A DNA stretch of 64,000 nucleotides from a virus (Duplodnaviria > Heunggongvirae > Uroviricota > Caudoviricetes): the IMG/VR virus record IMGVR_UViG_2935054407_000002, positions 37,578 to 101,577 of that record; one strand, given 5' to 3'. This document shows positions 55,576-64,000 of the stretch, in pieces. Both the position numbers and the translations under genes were made by a program. Positions within the stretch are counted from its first letter, which is position 1. Each line of letters opens with the position of its first letter. The notes under the pieces were generated by a model. The model had not been told where the DNA came from and searched no databases. It was given only the letters and a program-made list of their open reading frames with translations.

Positions 55576-55709
55576 GGGGACCTCCAGGTCTGAAGGAGAC
55601 CCGCCGCACTTGAGGTCCGCGGCCTGTAGAGCAAGGCAGTGCTCGCAGCAGCCACACGGGGCGCCGGCCGCAGTCGGGCACTCGACGGCCTCGACGCCGG
55701 GAAGCTCGT

Positions 55710-56210
55710 TCACGGCGCCTCGATCCGCTGCCACTCGCCCGCCGAAGTCGGCAAGCACCAACCCAGCCACGCCACCAGCACCGGCACCAGCGCCGGGTCA
55801 GCGATCGAGTTACGGCCGATGATCCAGCCGTGCTTCTCGGCGTCCAGCTCCCACGGCCGCTCGGTCAGCAGGCCATGACACCCGCTTGTCCCGTCGCCGC
55901 ACGCAACGACGAGGTTCGTGACGTCGTTGATCCGCGGGTCCGACGACCCGCCCATGCCGCGGTTGCGGCGGTGGTGGATAGACCGGACCCGGTCGGTGAC
56001 GATGACCCCGCACACAACACAGGTCTCCTGGTCACGAAGCATCACGGCCTTGCGGACCGCAGCCGACGGCCCGGTGCCCGCCGGCCGCTTTGGCTTCTTC
56101 GCCGCGGCTCGCTTGAGACCGCTCCCGCCCGCCTGCAGCCCCTTACCGCGGTTCATGAGCGTCTTCGCCGTCAGCGGCGTCTTCCGCTGCAGCGGCTTGC
56201 CGGCCTTCAC
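55710..56210 (-). CDS. HNH endonuclease
   Basis: GTG start overlaps the upstream stop. CVVCG...HHRRNRGMGGS...NLVVACGDGTSGCHG. Confidence 0.7.
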   Translation of the reverse strand: MKAGKPLQRKTPLTAKTLMNRGKGLQAGGSGLKRAAAKKPKRPAGTGPSAAVRKAVMLRDQETCVVCGVIVTDRVRSIHHRRNRGMGGSSDPRINDVTNLVVACGDGTSGCHGLLTERPWELDAEKHGWIIGRNSIADPALVPVLVAWLGWCLPTSAGEWQRIEAP

Positions 56211-56572
56211 AGCTGGCCTCCGGCGAGCTGCATCTCCGCGCGGGCGGTGGACTGGATTGTGCGACCAACGTCGATGCGGGCGTGGAGAGCCCGCAGGTGC
56301 TCCTTCTGGAGCCGAACCGCTGCGGCGGCCTTGCCGTGGATGCGCCATAGGTGATCGGTCTGAGTGATCGCGATCTGCTTGCGGTCTTCGATCGACCCCT
56401 CAGCGGCGCGAAACGCTCCGGCGAACGCCACCTTGAAGTCGCCCTCAGCCTCGACCGCGATGAACTCCAGGTCGGCCATCTTCGTGACGGCGTCATCAAG
56501 GTCGCGGGAGAGCTGGCCAAGCTGCTTGATGATCGTGAGCATCTCCGTCACGCCGAACCGCCCTTGACCCAC
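56207..56572 (-). CDS. Hypothetical protein
   Basis: 121 aa ORF coupled to its neighbours. Confidence 0.45.
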   Translation of the reverse strand: MGQGRFGVTEMLTIIKQLGQLSRDLDDAVTKMADLEFIAVEAEGDFKVAFAGAFRAAEGSIEDRKQIAITQTDHLWRIHGKAAAAVRLQKEHLRALHARIDVGRTIQSTARAEMQLAGGQL

Positions 56573-57495
56573 GGGTCCTCAGGCAGAGGGCCGCGCTCGG
56601 CGATTTGCGGGTTGGAAGTGACGTCCTTGACGAGCTTGTTGTGGGCGCTCTTCTCCGAACCGGTCATCGTGCCGACCTCGGCGAGCTGCTCGTCGGTCAC
56701 CTGACGGCGGGCGATCGTGCCGTCCTGGTTCCGCGGCAGCCCATCCGCCGGCCCGTTCAGGATCTTCTGTCGCTCCTGCACCAACGTCATGAGCCGGTTC
56801 GCGGTCTCGCTGTTGATGCGCCGGGTCTGCATCGCCTCGGTCACGTCCCGGCGGAAGCCGGCCACGGTGTCAAGGCTGCTCTCGGCCAGGCGCTTCTCGA
56901 ATACGTCGACCCAGTCGGTGTCCACGACGATCTGCGCCTGCGCCGCCTGATGCTTCGGCGCCGCACGCTGCCCAGGATCAGCAACCGGGTTCTCCGCCGC
57001 AGGGTTGTCCCGGTCGCCCTTCTGCCACTGCGCCAGCGCCACACCGAACCGCTGGGCGGCGTTCCTCAGAGCGTCACCGATGAGGACCTTGACCGCGTCG
57101 TGTTGGTTCGAGGGCACCGAGCCGTAGCCGGGCCGGGTGACGCCGCACACGGTGAGGCGGATCCACATGCCGACCGGGTTGCCGTACTTGTCGGTGTCCA
57201 GTGCCGGCAGGCCGGTCTCGTCCAGCGCGAACGGCTCCCACGACCAGTACGGATCTACCTTCAGCAGCCGCGCGGTCACGTCTGCGTGGCCGACGTAGTC
57301 GATGTGGATGTGCTTGGTGGAGACGTACGCCTTGCAGATCTCGCACTTCTGCTTGACGTGCCCTGCCTTGGTGCAGTTCTTGTTCTTGTCGGAGCAGTCG
57401 GAACACGTGACCCTCGGCAGTAGGCCGATCTGGTCCGCGTTGAACGGCTCCATCAGCTTGAGCAGGGATTCCCGCTCAAGGTCGGTCGTGGTCAC
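56548..57495 (-). CDS. Rad52/Sak-like single-strand annealing protein (putative)
   Basis: N-terminal Cys pairs and YVGHADVTARLLKVDPYWSWE...GNPVGMWIRLTVCGVTRPGYG resemble phage Rad52-family recombinases. Confidence 0.5.
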   Translation of the reverse strand: MTTTDLERESLLKLMEPFNADQIGLLPRVTCSDCSDKNKNCTKAGHVKQKCEICKAYVSTKHIHIDYVGHADVTARLLKVDPYWSWEPFALDETGLPALDTDKYGNPVGMWIRLTVCGVTRPGYGSVPSNQHDAVKVLIGDALRNAAQRFGVALAQWQKGDRDNPAAENPVADPGQRAAPKHQAAQAQIVVDTDWVDVFEKRLAESSLDTVAGFRRDVTEAMQTRRINSETANRLMTLVQERQKILNGPADGLPRNQDGTIARRQVTDEQLAEVGTMTGSEKSAHNKLVKDVTSNPQIAERGPLPEDPWVKGGSA

Positions 57496-57652
57496 TGCTC
57501 GTCGTCTCCTCGGTCATCGTCGTGGCGGTCGTCGGCCCACTCCAGGAGCCGCTCGTAGCGCTCCACGGGGTCCGTGATCGGGTCAGGTGCCGCGAGTATC
57601 CGCAGCTCACCGCAGTCGAGGTAGGCGCTGACCGCGTCCTGATAGCGGGTCA
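57492..57652 (-). CDS. Small acidic protein (53 aa)
   Basis: GTGA overlaps at both ends. Confidence 0.3.
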
Positions 57653-57880
57653 CGGCTCCCCCTCGCCGGCGTCGTGCTCGGCCAGGACGTCACCCTTGGG
57701 GGTGGCCAGCTCCGAGGACGCGAGGCGCTTGAGCAGCTCGCACTGGCCGCACATCTCGTAGTGGTCGTGAGCCCGAACAGCGCTCCACCGGGCCCGCCGA
57801 CCGCACAGAGAGCGGCCTTCCCGGGTGGGGTCCTTGATGTGGCGGGACGCGCCGGCTTCGGTGACGCACCGGTCACTCAT
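57650..57880 (-). CDS. Small Cys-containing protein (76 aa)
   Basis: MSDRCVTEAG...LCGRRARW...MCGQCELL. ATGA coupling. Confidence 0.4.
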   Translation of the reverse strand: MSDRCVTEAGASRHIKDPTREGRSLCGRRARWSAVRAHDHYEMCGQCELLKRLASSELATPKGDVLAEHDAGEGEP

Positions 57881-58293
57881 GCGGCCTCCTGGTGGAGGCG
57901 GCGAACGAGGCGGTTGTGACCCACCAGGACGTCCATGGCGTGAGCTCGAACCGCGACGTCCTGCCAACGGATGTACAGGCCGTCCCGCCCGACTGGGGTG
58001 GCGTGCAGTACCCGCACTGGGCGGCCGTCGTTCCACGCCCTGCAGGCAACGATGTCCCGGCAATGGAGGTAGCGGGCGAAGGTCGTCTCGCGAAGGAACG
58101 CCTGCACGTCATCGGCGAGGAAGAGGTAACGTCCCGCGCCGGTCACAGCAGAAGCGGTGATCAGGCCGAGCTTCTGCCAGCCCGTCACCCGCCGCGTCTG
58201 AACGCCCAGCAGGGCAGCGACGTCGCTGGACGGCAGGTGCGCCGCTCCCTGCGGCCAGGTGACCGTGTTAGGAAGAACGGTGAGGATGCTCAT
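57877..58293 (-). CDS. HTH protein (MerR/excisionase-like)
   Basis: SSDVAALLGVQTRRVTGWQKLGLI. Confidence 0.5.
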   Translation of the reverse strand: MSILTVLPNTVTWPQGAAHLPSSDVAALLGVQTRRVTGWQKLGLITASAVTGAGRYLFLADDVQAFLRETTFARYLHCRDIVACRAWNDGRPVRVLHATPVGRDGLYIRWQDVAVRAHAMDVLVGHNRLVRRLHQEAA

Positions 58294-58592
58294 TTGCCCT
58301 CACCGCCGACGTAGCGGGCGTACACCCGGCACTCACCGTCCACCGTGCGAGCGACCGCTTTGAACTGGCCAAGGGGGTAGAGCGCCTTGATGCGCCCCGT
58401 CTTGATCCGGTGCGCGGTCTGGGCTGCGACAGCTCGGTCCTGCTCGACCTGGACGATCGCCCACTTGTCCGGGTTCGCGCGCAGCTTTCCAGCGATCGTG
58501 GGCCAGTCCAGTGCGGGCGGGCGCGGTCCCGTACGGCGAAGCGCGGGCGGGTCCTCCCAGCGGAGCTCTGGGGCAGCGGTAAGGACGCTCAT
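58290..58592 (-). CDS. Hypothetical protein
   Basis: 100 aa ORF. Confidence 0.45.
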   Translation of the reverse strand: MSVLTAAPELRWEDPPALRRTGPRPPALDWPTIAGKLRANPDKWAIVQVEQDRAVAAQTAHRIKTGRIKALYPLGQFKAVARTVDGECRVYARYVGGEGK

Positions 58593-58985
58593 GCGCTCTC
58601 ACCGCCCTGCGGGGAGACGTCGGCCAGGTTCCGGACGGCCTGAGCCGCGCTCTCGGCGTCCCGGCCGACCACTAGGGCAACCAGCCCGCCGTCTCGCTCC
58701 AAACGAGCCACCGTCAACCCGGTCGCCGTTAGTGCTCTCTCGCACGGGGCGAGACGCTGGGCGTTCATGTGCCGCCAGCCGCCCGCGCCGCGCAGGATTC
58801 CGTTCCGGACGTCCTTCACGAGCACGTGGACCGTTTCGGCCGTCTCTCCGTAAGGGTGGTAGACGTCGAACCCGTCGCCTGTGCGGTGGTAGGACTCCAG
58901 ACCAGCGTCGAGAAGGGTGTCCCACACAGTGGTGCCCAGGTCGGCGATAGCGTCGACGACCTCGCTCGGCATCATCACCTCAGAC
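58589..58985 (-). CDS. Hypothetical protein
   Basis: Start MSEVMMPSEVVDAIADLG... Confidence 0.45.
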
Positions 58986-59399
58986 ATGGGCCACCTCGAT
59001 CTGCTCAGGAAGGGAGAGGGCGCCCTCGACGCGGACGCTTGTAGCGGTCCACCGGGACTCGCGGTAGTAGGTGATCGCCTCGTACTGCACGTAGACGACG
59101 GAGGCCGAGCGCAGTGCTTTCGCGGCCTCGTGCCAAGCGGCCCGGTCAAGGCGGTGACGCCCGTTCCGGATTCCAGTCAGGGACCCGATCCAGCCGACGT
59201 TCCAACCCCACCCGATCGCGGAGTTGTCGCCCGGGACGACCACGTACCAGGAGACGTCAGGCAGCTCAGGCGCGTACTCCTGCGTCCCGCTCGGGTGATG
59301 CACGCGGGCCAGCGACCCTTTCGGGAGGTGGATCACAGCCACCTCAACCGCGCTGGGGCGGGCCTCGATGATCGTTCCGGCTACAGCCAGGGTCCTCAT
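58980..59399 (-). CDS. Hypothetical protein
   Basis: Start MRTLAVAGTIIEARP... ATGA coupling. Confidence 0.45.
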   Translation of the reverse strand: MRTLAVAGTIIEARPSAVEVAVIHLPKGSLARVHHPSGTQEYAPELPDVSWYVVVPGDNSAIGWGWNVGWIGSLTGIRNGRHRLDRAAWHEAAKALRSASVVYVQYEAITYYRESRWTATSVRVEGALSLPEQIEVAHV

Positions 59400-59689
59400 G
59401 CGATCACCTCGGCAGCGGCTCGCAGGTAGGCGGCGGCCTCGTCTCGTCCGCAGCGGGGCGTCCACCGCAGCAACCAGCCGGTGTCGACGCCCTCGGCGCG
59501 CAGGTAGGTGACGAGGAGGTCCCAGGCGGCCTGCGCCACATCAGAGGCTGGCGCTACCTCACGCAGCGCCACACACAGGTCCACCTGCCCCACACGGGTG
59601 TGAGGGAGGGCCGCGATCCGGTCCGCGACGGCGACCAGCACGACGCCAGCGGGGGTCAGAGTGGGCCGTTCGACGGCGGGGGCGGTCAC
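59396..59689 (-). CDS. Hypothetical protein
   Basis: 97 aa ORF. Confidence 0.45.
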   Translation of the reverse strand: MTAPAVERPTLTPAGVVLVAVADRIAALPHTRVGQVDLCVALREVAPASDVAQAAWDLLVTYLRAEGVDTGWLLRWTPRCGRDEAAAYLRAAAEVIA

Positions 59690-59967
59690 AGAGCACCCGC
59701 CACGGTCGCGCCATACGCGGCCAGCCGCTCCACACCCAGCCGGTCCGCGACCGCCTTGATCACGTCATGCAGATGCAGATCCGTCTCCCGGAACGCCTCC
59801 GGCTCCTCACCATCGAACCCGTACGCCGACACCATGTACCGACCCGACGGGCTCGTCTTCGGAGACTGAATCGTCACGGTGAACCCGTGATGATGCAGCG
59901 CTTCCAGGTAGTAGCGGGTCGACCTGTCACTGACAACGGCCGGCGCTTCCTGGGCGATACTGGTCAT
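59686..59967 (-). CDS. Hypothetical protein
   Basis: 93 aa ORF. Confidence 0.45.
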   Translation of the reverse strand: MTSIAQEAPAVVSDRSTRYYLEALHHHGFTVTIQSPKTSPSGRYMVSAYGFDGEEPEAFRETDLHLHDVIKAVADRLGVERLAAYGATVAGAL

Positions 59968-60058
59968 GAGTTCCTGCTCCTCTAGTTGATCTCTGTGTGA
60001 TCTCTGAGCGGGGATTCAGCGGGTCCCGGTCGGTCGCACGGCCGGGCCCGCACAAGGT

Positions 60059-60208
60059 CAGGCGACGAGGACGTACTCAGTTGGCTCGTCAGCAAGGTCC
60101 GCCGCAGCGCACAGCGAGAGCTGTCGCATGAAGCCGGCGGAGGCGTAGGACTCGGCATCCAGCAGATGCCGGCCCGGGACCAGGACGACGGGTTCGTTCG
60201 ACTGGCTC
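60059..60208 (-). CDS. Small hypothetical protein (49 aa)
   Basis: GTG overlaps the stop of the upstream gene. Confidence 0.25.
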
Positions 60209-60410
60209 ACGCCGCGTTCTCCTCAGCGGCTCGGTGGTCTGCGGCCTGCTGTTCAACGACCCGTCGCATCGCAGGCGAGAGGATGCGAGCCATGAACGCG
60301 AGAGCCTCCGGGCTCGGGTCGGGCCACTTCGCGACGATCGCTTGTATGTGCGGCTCCTGGGATTTGGCGAGGAGCATCGCGGCGCGTGTGGGGTAGTCGT
60401 CGGCGGCCAT
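60207..60410 (-). CDS. Hypothetical protein
   Basis: 67 aa ORF. Confidence 0.4.
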   Translation of the reverse strand: MAADDYPTRAAMLLAKSQEPHIQAIVAKWPDPSPEALAFMARILSPAMRRVVEQQAADHRAAEENAA

Positions 60411-60679
60411 CAGGGGGCGGTCCGCTCGGTGTCGGGTACGACCTCGAAGAGGTCCTCGAACTTGAGGCCCGGCAGGTGCCAGATGGCGGCAGCGACGAAC
60501 TTGGGGCCAGGCTCGACCTCGTTGTTCCTGGCGCGACTGATGATGGAGGTGCTGAGGCCGAGGAGTTCAGCGCAGGCCGCGTCGCTTGAAAGACCGCGGG
60601 CGCGGGTGTGACGCACCCATTCGGTCGTCCTCAACCGCAGTCGCAGGGGGGGCCGTTGTGCCCATTCTGTTGTGCGCAT
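60410..60679 (-). CDS. Cro-like XRE HTH regulator (first gene of the early leftward operon)
   Basis: GLSSDAACAELLGLSTSIISRARNNEVEPGPKFVAAAIW. The start abuts the operator cluster. Confidence 0.6.
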   Translation of the reverse strand: MRTTEWAQRPPLRLRLRTTEWVRHTRARGLSSDAACAELLGLSTSIISRARNNEVEPGPKFVAAAIWHLPGLKFEDLFEVVPDTERTAP

Positions 60680-60680
60680 A

Positions 60681-60877
60681 CATGCACAGTAGACCTTGTG
60701 TGTGCATGCGTGCAACCAAATGACGAGGAAGTTTAAGCAGCTAGGGCCGCCCGGGGCGAAAATTGGACCGCGCCAGACCTCATCTGACGCACGCATGCAC
60801 AGTAAGAATTTCAGTCAACGCCTGCCCACCTGCATGGATGTCTGATCCATCGAGTGCTACTGTGCATGCGTGCGCAC
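60681..60877. promoter_or_regulatory. Immunity-switch operators between the divergent cro-like and cI-like genes
   Basis: Copies of (T)GTGCATGCGTGC / GCATGCACAGTA at 60681-60714, 60787-60804 and 60858-60877, the last inverted. Confidence 0.6.
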
Positions 60878-61379
60878 ACCAAAGTGGGATCGGGAGCGCT
60901 TCGGTGAACTTCTCAAAGAGATCGGCGACCGTGCACACCTAGATCAAGGTGGCCTCGCTGAACTCGCAGGCCGAAGCCGCTCACAGATCAACCGATGGAC
61001 TCGGTCAGAAAACCAGCCGGCCTACGATGCGGTCGCTCGCTTAGCGACTGCGATCACTGGTCGATATCCGCATCTCGCAGACCTCGCCCGCGAGTTCATG
61101 ATCGCCGCTGGGTACCAAGACGGCCCGCCGGCCCAGGATGCGACGACCTCTTCCGGCAACGCAGCTTCCGACCTAGTGGCTCAACTACGAGCTCAAGCTG
61201 CAGCGCAAGGCAAAACTCTCCGGGAAGTTCTAGAGGATGGCGGCGCCCACCCCGACGAACTAGATCCTGAGGCTCAGGCGCGGCTAGATCGACTCAACGA
61301 GATCTTCCAGATGGGCATGCAAGAAATCGTGGAAGCAACTCGGCGAGGACGGATGACCGGGGAAGCAGAGGCGTCGTGA
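60870..61379 (+). CDS. cI-like repressor candidate (XRE HTH N-terminus plus C-terminal domain)
   Basis: GELLKEIGDRAHLDQGGLAELAGRSRSQINRWTRSENQP. Divergent from the cro-like gene. Start may be a downstream ATG. Confidence 0.6.
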   Translation: MRTPKWDRERFGELLKEIGDRAHLDQGGLAELAGRSRSQINRWTRSENQPAYDAVARLATAITGRYPHLADLAREFMIAAGYQDGPPAQDATTSSGNAASDLVAQLRAQAAAQGKTLREVLEDGGAHPDELDPEAQARLDRLNEIFQMGMQEIVEATRRGRMTGEAEAS

Positions 61380-61412
61380 ACCCCCCGATACTCACGACGT
61401 CCCCGCCTTCTC

Positions 61413-61880
61413 TTACCTGACGACCCGGATGGGTTGCGTGCTGTTCCCGTCCCGTGCCGCGTTCAGGTATCCCTGAACCACGGCCAGCCCCGCCCCTACG
61501 GCAGCTCGTTCAGCGACTCGTTCGGCGTTCACAACCTTGTCTCCGAGTGCGCTGACGTGTGCTTCTGTTGCCTGCTTGATCGTCTCGCGGTGCTGTAGGC
61601 CGTTAGCTTCGACTACCGCCGCATGCCGCTTGATCGCCTCCTCGATGCGGGCGGCGTAACGATCGATGACGGCGGACAGCCATGTTTTGAGATTGCAGCT
61701 CACGTCGTAGAGGGCCAGGACTAGGGCTGCGCCCACCAGTCCGATGGTCAGCTTCGTCGGAGCGATGTTTACGGCTATCTCAATCGCAGCGATGACGTAC
61801 GCCGTACGGGCAAGGTACGTCAGGGTCCGGTGCTGAGAATCCATGCGCAGGTGAACCATGATCCTGCCTTTCGACCACAC
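61413..61880 (-). CDS. Membrane protein
   Basis: Several hydrophobic helices. Confidence 0.5.
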   Translation of the reverse strand: MWSKGRIMVHLRMDSQHRTLTYLARTAYVIAAIEIAVNIAPTKLTIGLVGAALVLALYDVSCNLKTWLSAVIDRYAARIEEAIKRHAAVVEANGLQHRETIKQATEAHVSALGDKVVNAERVAERAAVGAGLAVVQGYLNAARDGNSTQPIRVVR

Positions 61881-62149
61881 ACGCAGATGCGGCCTACGCG
61901 AGCTTGCTGTCTCCCACGGCGAGCGCGATAAGACGTCACTCTAGGACGGGGGCAGGGGTTAAGGGAACACCAAAATGCGTGCGTATTTTCGACTTGTAAA
62001 AACGTTTACGGCTCTTCTGGTCGATGGTCACCCACGGTGATTGAAATATCAATGACTCGTACCGTAATGGGCCAAACGCGTAGTTCGCGGAACGCTCTAA
62101 GGTAAGCCTGTTATCACCCTTGAGACAGCCTGGTCACCAGGTCAATCTC

Positions 62150-63643
62150 TCAAGCATGGGAGCGAACCACCACGTCAACTGACTCCTCGTCCGGAATATT
62201 CTTCCGCCCCGGCCCGACCGGCATGATCGCGATCTTCTCAAACAGCCACACCAGCAACTCCCGTTTCTGAGGCAACTCCAGTGCATCCCACGCAGCAGGA
62301 ACAGCTTCCGGGCTGACCATAACGAGACTCGCAACATGCGCAGGGAAATGAATTCTTTTCATTTTCTGCTCAGCCGCTTCGATCTCCGCCGTCAAAACAC
62401 CCTCTACGCGAGCCAAGCCCGTAGCCGACAACTTCCCCTGAGCGGCCTGCACATAGAACTCCTCCAGCCGCGCACGCTTCTCCTCCACCTCCGCAAGCAC
62501 ACCCCCCACCTCATCACCCACGTCGCCCGTCACCGCTAGAGCCGCCAAGGTCGGCCTCGACATCAAAAGCGCTACAGCCAGCGACTCCACATACGTATCC
62601 ACCCGCTCCTTGTGCCGGCCCACATGGAACGACTTCTCCTTGACGGGGTACTTCCGCACGCACGAGTAGTAGTTGATGCCCCGCCTAAGCCGCGGCCGGC
62701 ACGGAGACCCGCAGACCCCACAGACCGCGATACCGCTGAGAAGGTGCCGGATCGCAGACGGGCGGGCTCCACCACGGGCCGGATCGGTGAGTTTCGCCAC
62801 GATCAGGTAGTAGGTGTGGTCGTCGAGGATGCGCGGGAACCACTGCTCAGTACTTTTGATTTTCACGCCGAGATGAACCCGGTACCCCACGTAGGAGGGG
62901 TTGATCACCAGCCGTTTGATCGGGGTCGACGTCCACTTCGCGCCGCGTGGTGACGGGGTCCCGCGGTCGTTGAGGATCCGCGCGATCGTGTTCAGCGGGG
63001 TCCCCTGCTTGATCATGTCCGCGATGTCGCGAATCACCGCAGCCTCGTCCTGGTCGATGTCCTGCCCGACCAGATCCCCAGTGTCCGGGTCATACCGCCG
63101 GCGGTAGCCGTACAGGCGGCGGCCGTGCGGAGCCCCTGCCGCAGCACGGGATCTCGTGGTGCGGCGAAGCCGTCCGCTGAGGCGCTCGGACTCGAACGCC
63201 GAATCAACGCCGTCATCAGCCAGGACCTTCCAGTCGCGGGCCCGCTGCATGTTGTACGTCCGGTCATGCGATGTCACATGAATCAGGACGCCCTGCTCAC
63301 GGCACGTCTGCAGCAGGCTCATCCACTCGACGGGCTTGCGGTCGCCGCGGGAGCTCTCCCACAGGACGAGGACGTCGAAGGTGCCGGCTTCGAGCTGGGC
63401 GAGGAGGCGGTCCCATTCGGGGCGGCCCTTGCGGGCGAAGCGTGAGGCGGAACGGTCCAGTTCTGCGAAGACCTCTTTGATGTGCCAGCCGTTCTCGCGG
63501 CAGGCGTCGGTGTTCGCGGTGTTCTGCTCTGGAACGGATCTTGTTTCAGCTGATCTCTGACCAGCCTTGATCTTGCTGACGCGGCCGTAGATCGCGGCCT
63601 GTAGGGCGTCGTCCGGGGCGGGGCGGCGAGAGGCGGGGGGCAT
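62150..63643 (-). CDS. Large serine recombinase (integrase)
   Basis: Resolvase-type N-terminus with AAIYGRVS (catalytic Ser). Recombinase domain and Cys-rich zinc ribbon (CGVCGSPC...YYSC). Confidence 0.85.
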   Translation of the reverse strand: MPPASRRPAPDDALQAAIYGRVSKIKAGQRSAETRSVPEQNTANTDACRENGWHIKEVFAELDRSASRFARKGRPEWDRLLAQLEAGTFDVLVLWESSRGDRKPVEWMSLLQTCREQGVLIHVTSHDRTYNMQRARDWKVLADDGVDSAFESERLSGRLRRTTRSRAAAGAPHGRRLYGYRRRYDPDTGDLVGQDIDQDEAAVIRDIADMIKQGTPLNTIARILNDRGTPSPRGAKWTSTPIKRLVINPSYVGYRVHLGVKIKSTEQWFPRILDDHTYYLIVAKLTDPARGGARPSAIRHLLSGIAVCGVCGSPCRPRLRRGINYYSCVRKYPVKEKSFHVGRHKERVDTYVESLAVALLMSRPTLAALAVTGDVGDEVGGVLAEVEEKRARLEEFYVQAAQGKLSATGLARVEGVLTAEIEAAEQKMKRIHFPAHVASLVMVSPEAVPAAWDALELPQKRELLVWLFEKIAIMPVGPGRKNIPDEESVDVVVRSHA

Positions 63644-63700
63644 GCACTCACGGTAGAACGAAAGCAGTGCCTAAGCGACTGTTTCCTTGGAGACCACGGA
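63644..63700. other. Prophage/host junction (attR-type site of the serine integrase)
   Basis: Homology between the host lipoprotein gene and the phage paralog breaks at ...GTGGTC(TCC/AGC)AAGGA. The host ORF ends ...VVSKETVA* at 63671. Confidence 0.45.
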
Positions 63701-64000
63701 CAGCGGCTTGGACTCGGCGTCGTCGGCCCCGGAGAAGTCGAAGGTCCGCTGGCCGAACGGGTAGGAGAAGCCCCGGTCGCCGGGGCCGAGCAGCGTGGCG
63801 CCGCTGGAGGGGTTGATGCACTTCTCGAACTTGATGGCCTCGAACGTGCCGCCGGCGTAGTGCAGGACGACCTCGTCGGGCTGGGTGCTCACCCGGGAGC
63901 ACGAGCTGAGGAGGAACGCGGAGATCACCAGCAGGACGACCACGAGGATCGACCCCTTCAGCAGCGGCCTCCGGTTGCCCGCGGCCTTCTGAGCACTCAT
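63671..64000 (-). pseudogene. Host lipoprotein gene truncated at its 3' end by prophage insertion
   Basis: N-terminal signal peptide and lipobox (LLSSC). 109 aa instead of about 277. Ends where the phage paralog continues. Confidence 0.55.

Larger units (their letters stand above)
1..63700. mobile_element. Prophage of a temperate actinobacteriophage. The right attachment junction is near 63.65-63.70 kb; the left (tail/lysis) end lies outside the window.
   Basis: Contiguous - strand phage modules from serine integrase to head-tail connector. A host-like truncated gene starts at 63671. Confidence 0.8.

Noticed and set aside
57650-58063. 137-aa ORF spanning two genes
   Set aside because: Only the C-terminal 76 aa, from MSDRCVTEAG, fit between the coupled neighbours. 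The N-terminal part is the antisense or alternative frame of the 57877-58293 HTH gene.
1-64000. CRISPR arrays and tRNA/tmRNA genes
   Set aside because: No regularly spaced short direct repeats with unique spacers were seen. I found no convincing tRNA T-loop or acceptor pattern by eye, though a tRNA scan should still be run, for example on 61880-62150.

Overview
This 64 kb, high-GC (~68-70%) window looks like almost all of one temperate actinobacteriophage prophage, read from the - strand.

Right to left the layout is:
- an attachment junction (about 63.65-63.70 kb) inside a host lipoprotein gene truncated at its 3' end;
- a large serine integrase;
- a divergent Cro/cI-like immunity switch with repeated GCATGC-core operators;
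- a long early region: Rad52-like annealing protein, HNH nucleases, a DinD-like protein, two WhiB-like regulators, a ParB/DGQHR protein plus a PAPS-reductase-like protein, and many small ORFs joined by ATGA/GTGA overlaps;
- a replication module: an initiator gene with internal iterons, a DnaC-like loader and a DnaB helicase;
- MazG, DUF4326, a Thg1-like protein, a Bro-N antirepressor and an endonuclease VII;
- an unusual accessory block ahead of the packaging genes: a 1072-aa Ser/Thr/Ala/Pro repeat protein; a tightly coupled GT2 - nucleotide-sugar dehydrogenase - SAM-methyltransferase - GT2 operon; an opposite-strand PASTA-domain lipoprotein; a protein with tandem winged-helix-like repeats; and an ADP-ribosyltransferase that shares an N-terminal motif with its neighbour;
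- the packaging and head module: two HNH nucleases, TerS, TerL, portal, MuF-like protein, scaffold, HK97-like major capsid, then a GT4 glycosyltransferase inserted before the head-tail connector, which runs off the left edge.

My best candidate for a new system is phage-encoded virion glycosylation. It combines the GT4 inside the head module, the sugar-activating and methylating cassette, and a giant Ser/Thr/Ala/Pro-repeat protein that could be its substrate. Other observations worth a second look:
- the ART/DNA-binding-like pair with a shared leader;
- a phage-borne full-length paralog of the lipoprotein gene disrupted by integration;
- iterons inside the initiator gene;
- several palindromic operator clusters.

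All assignments come from reading the sequence and translations by eye; no database search was run.
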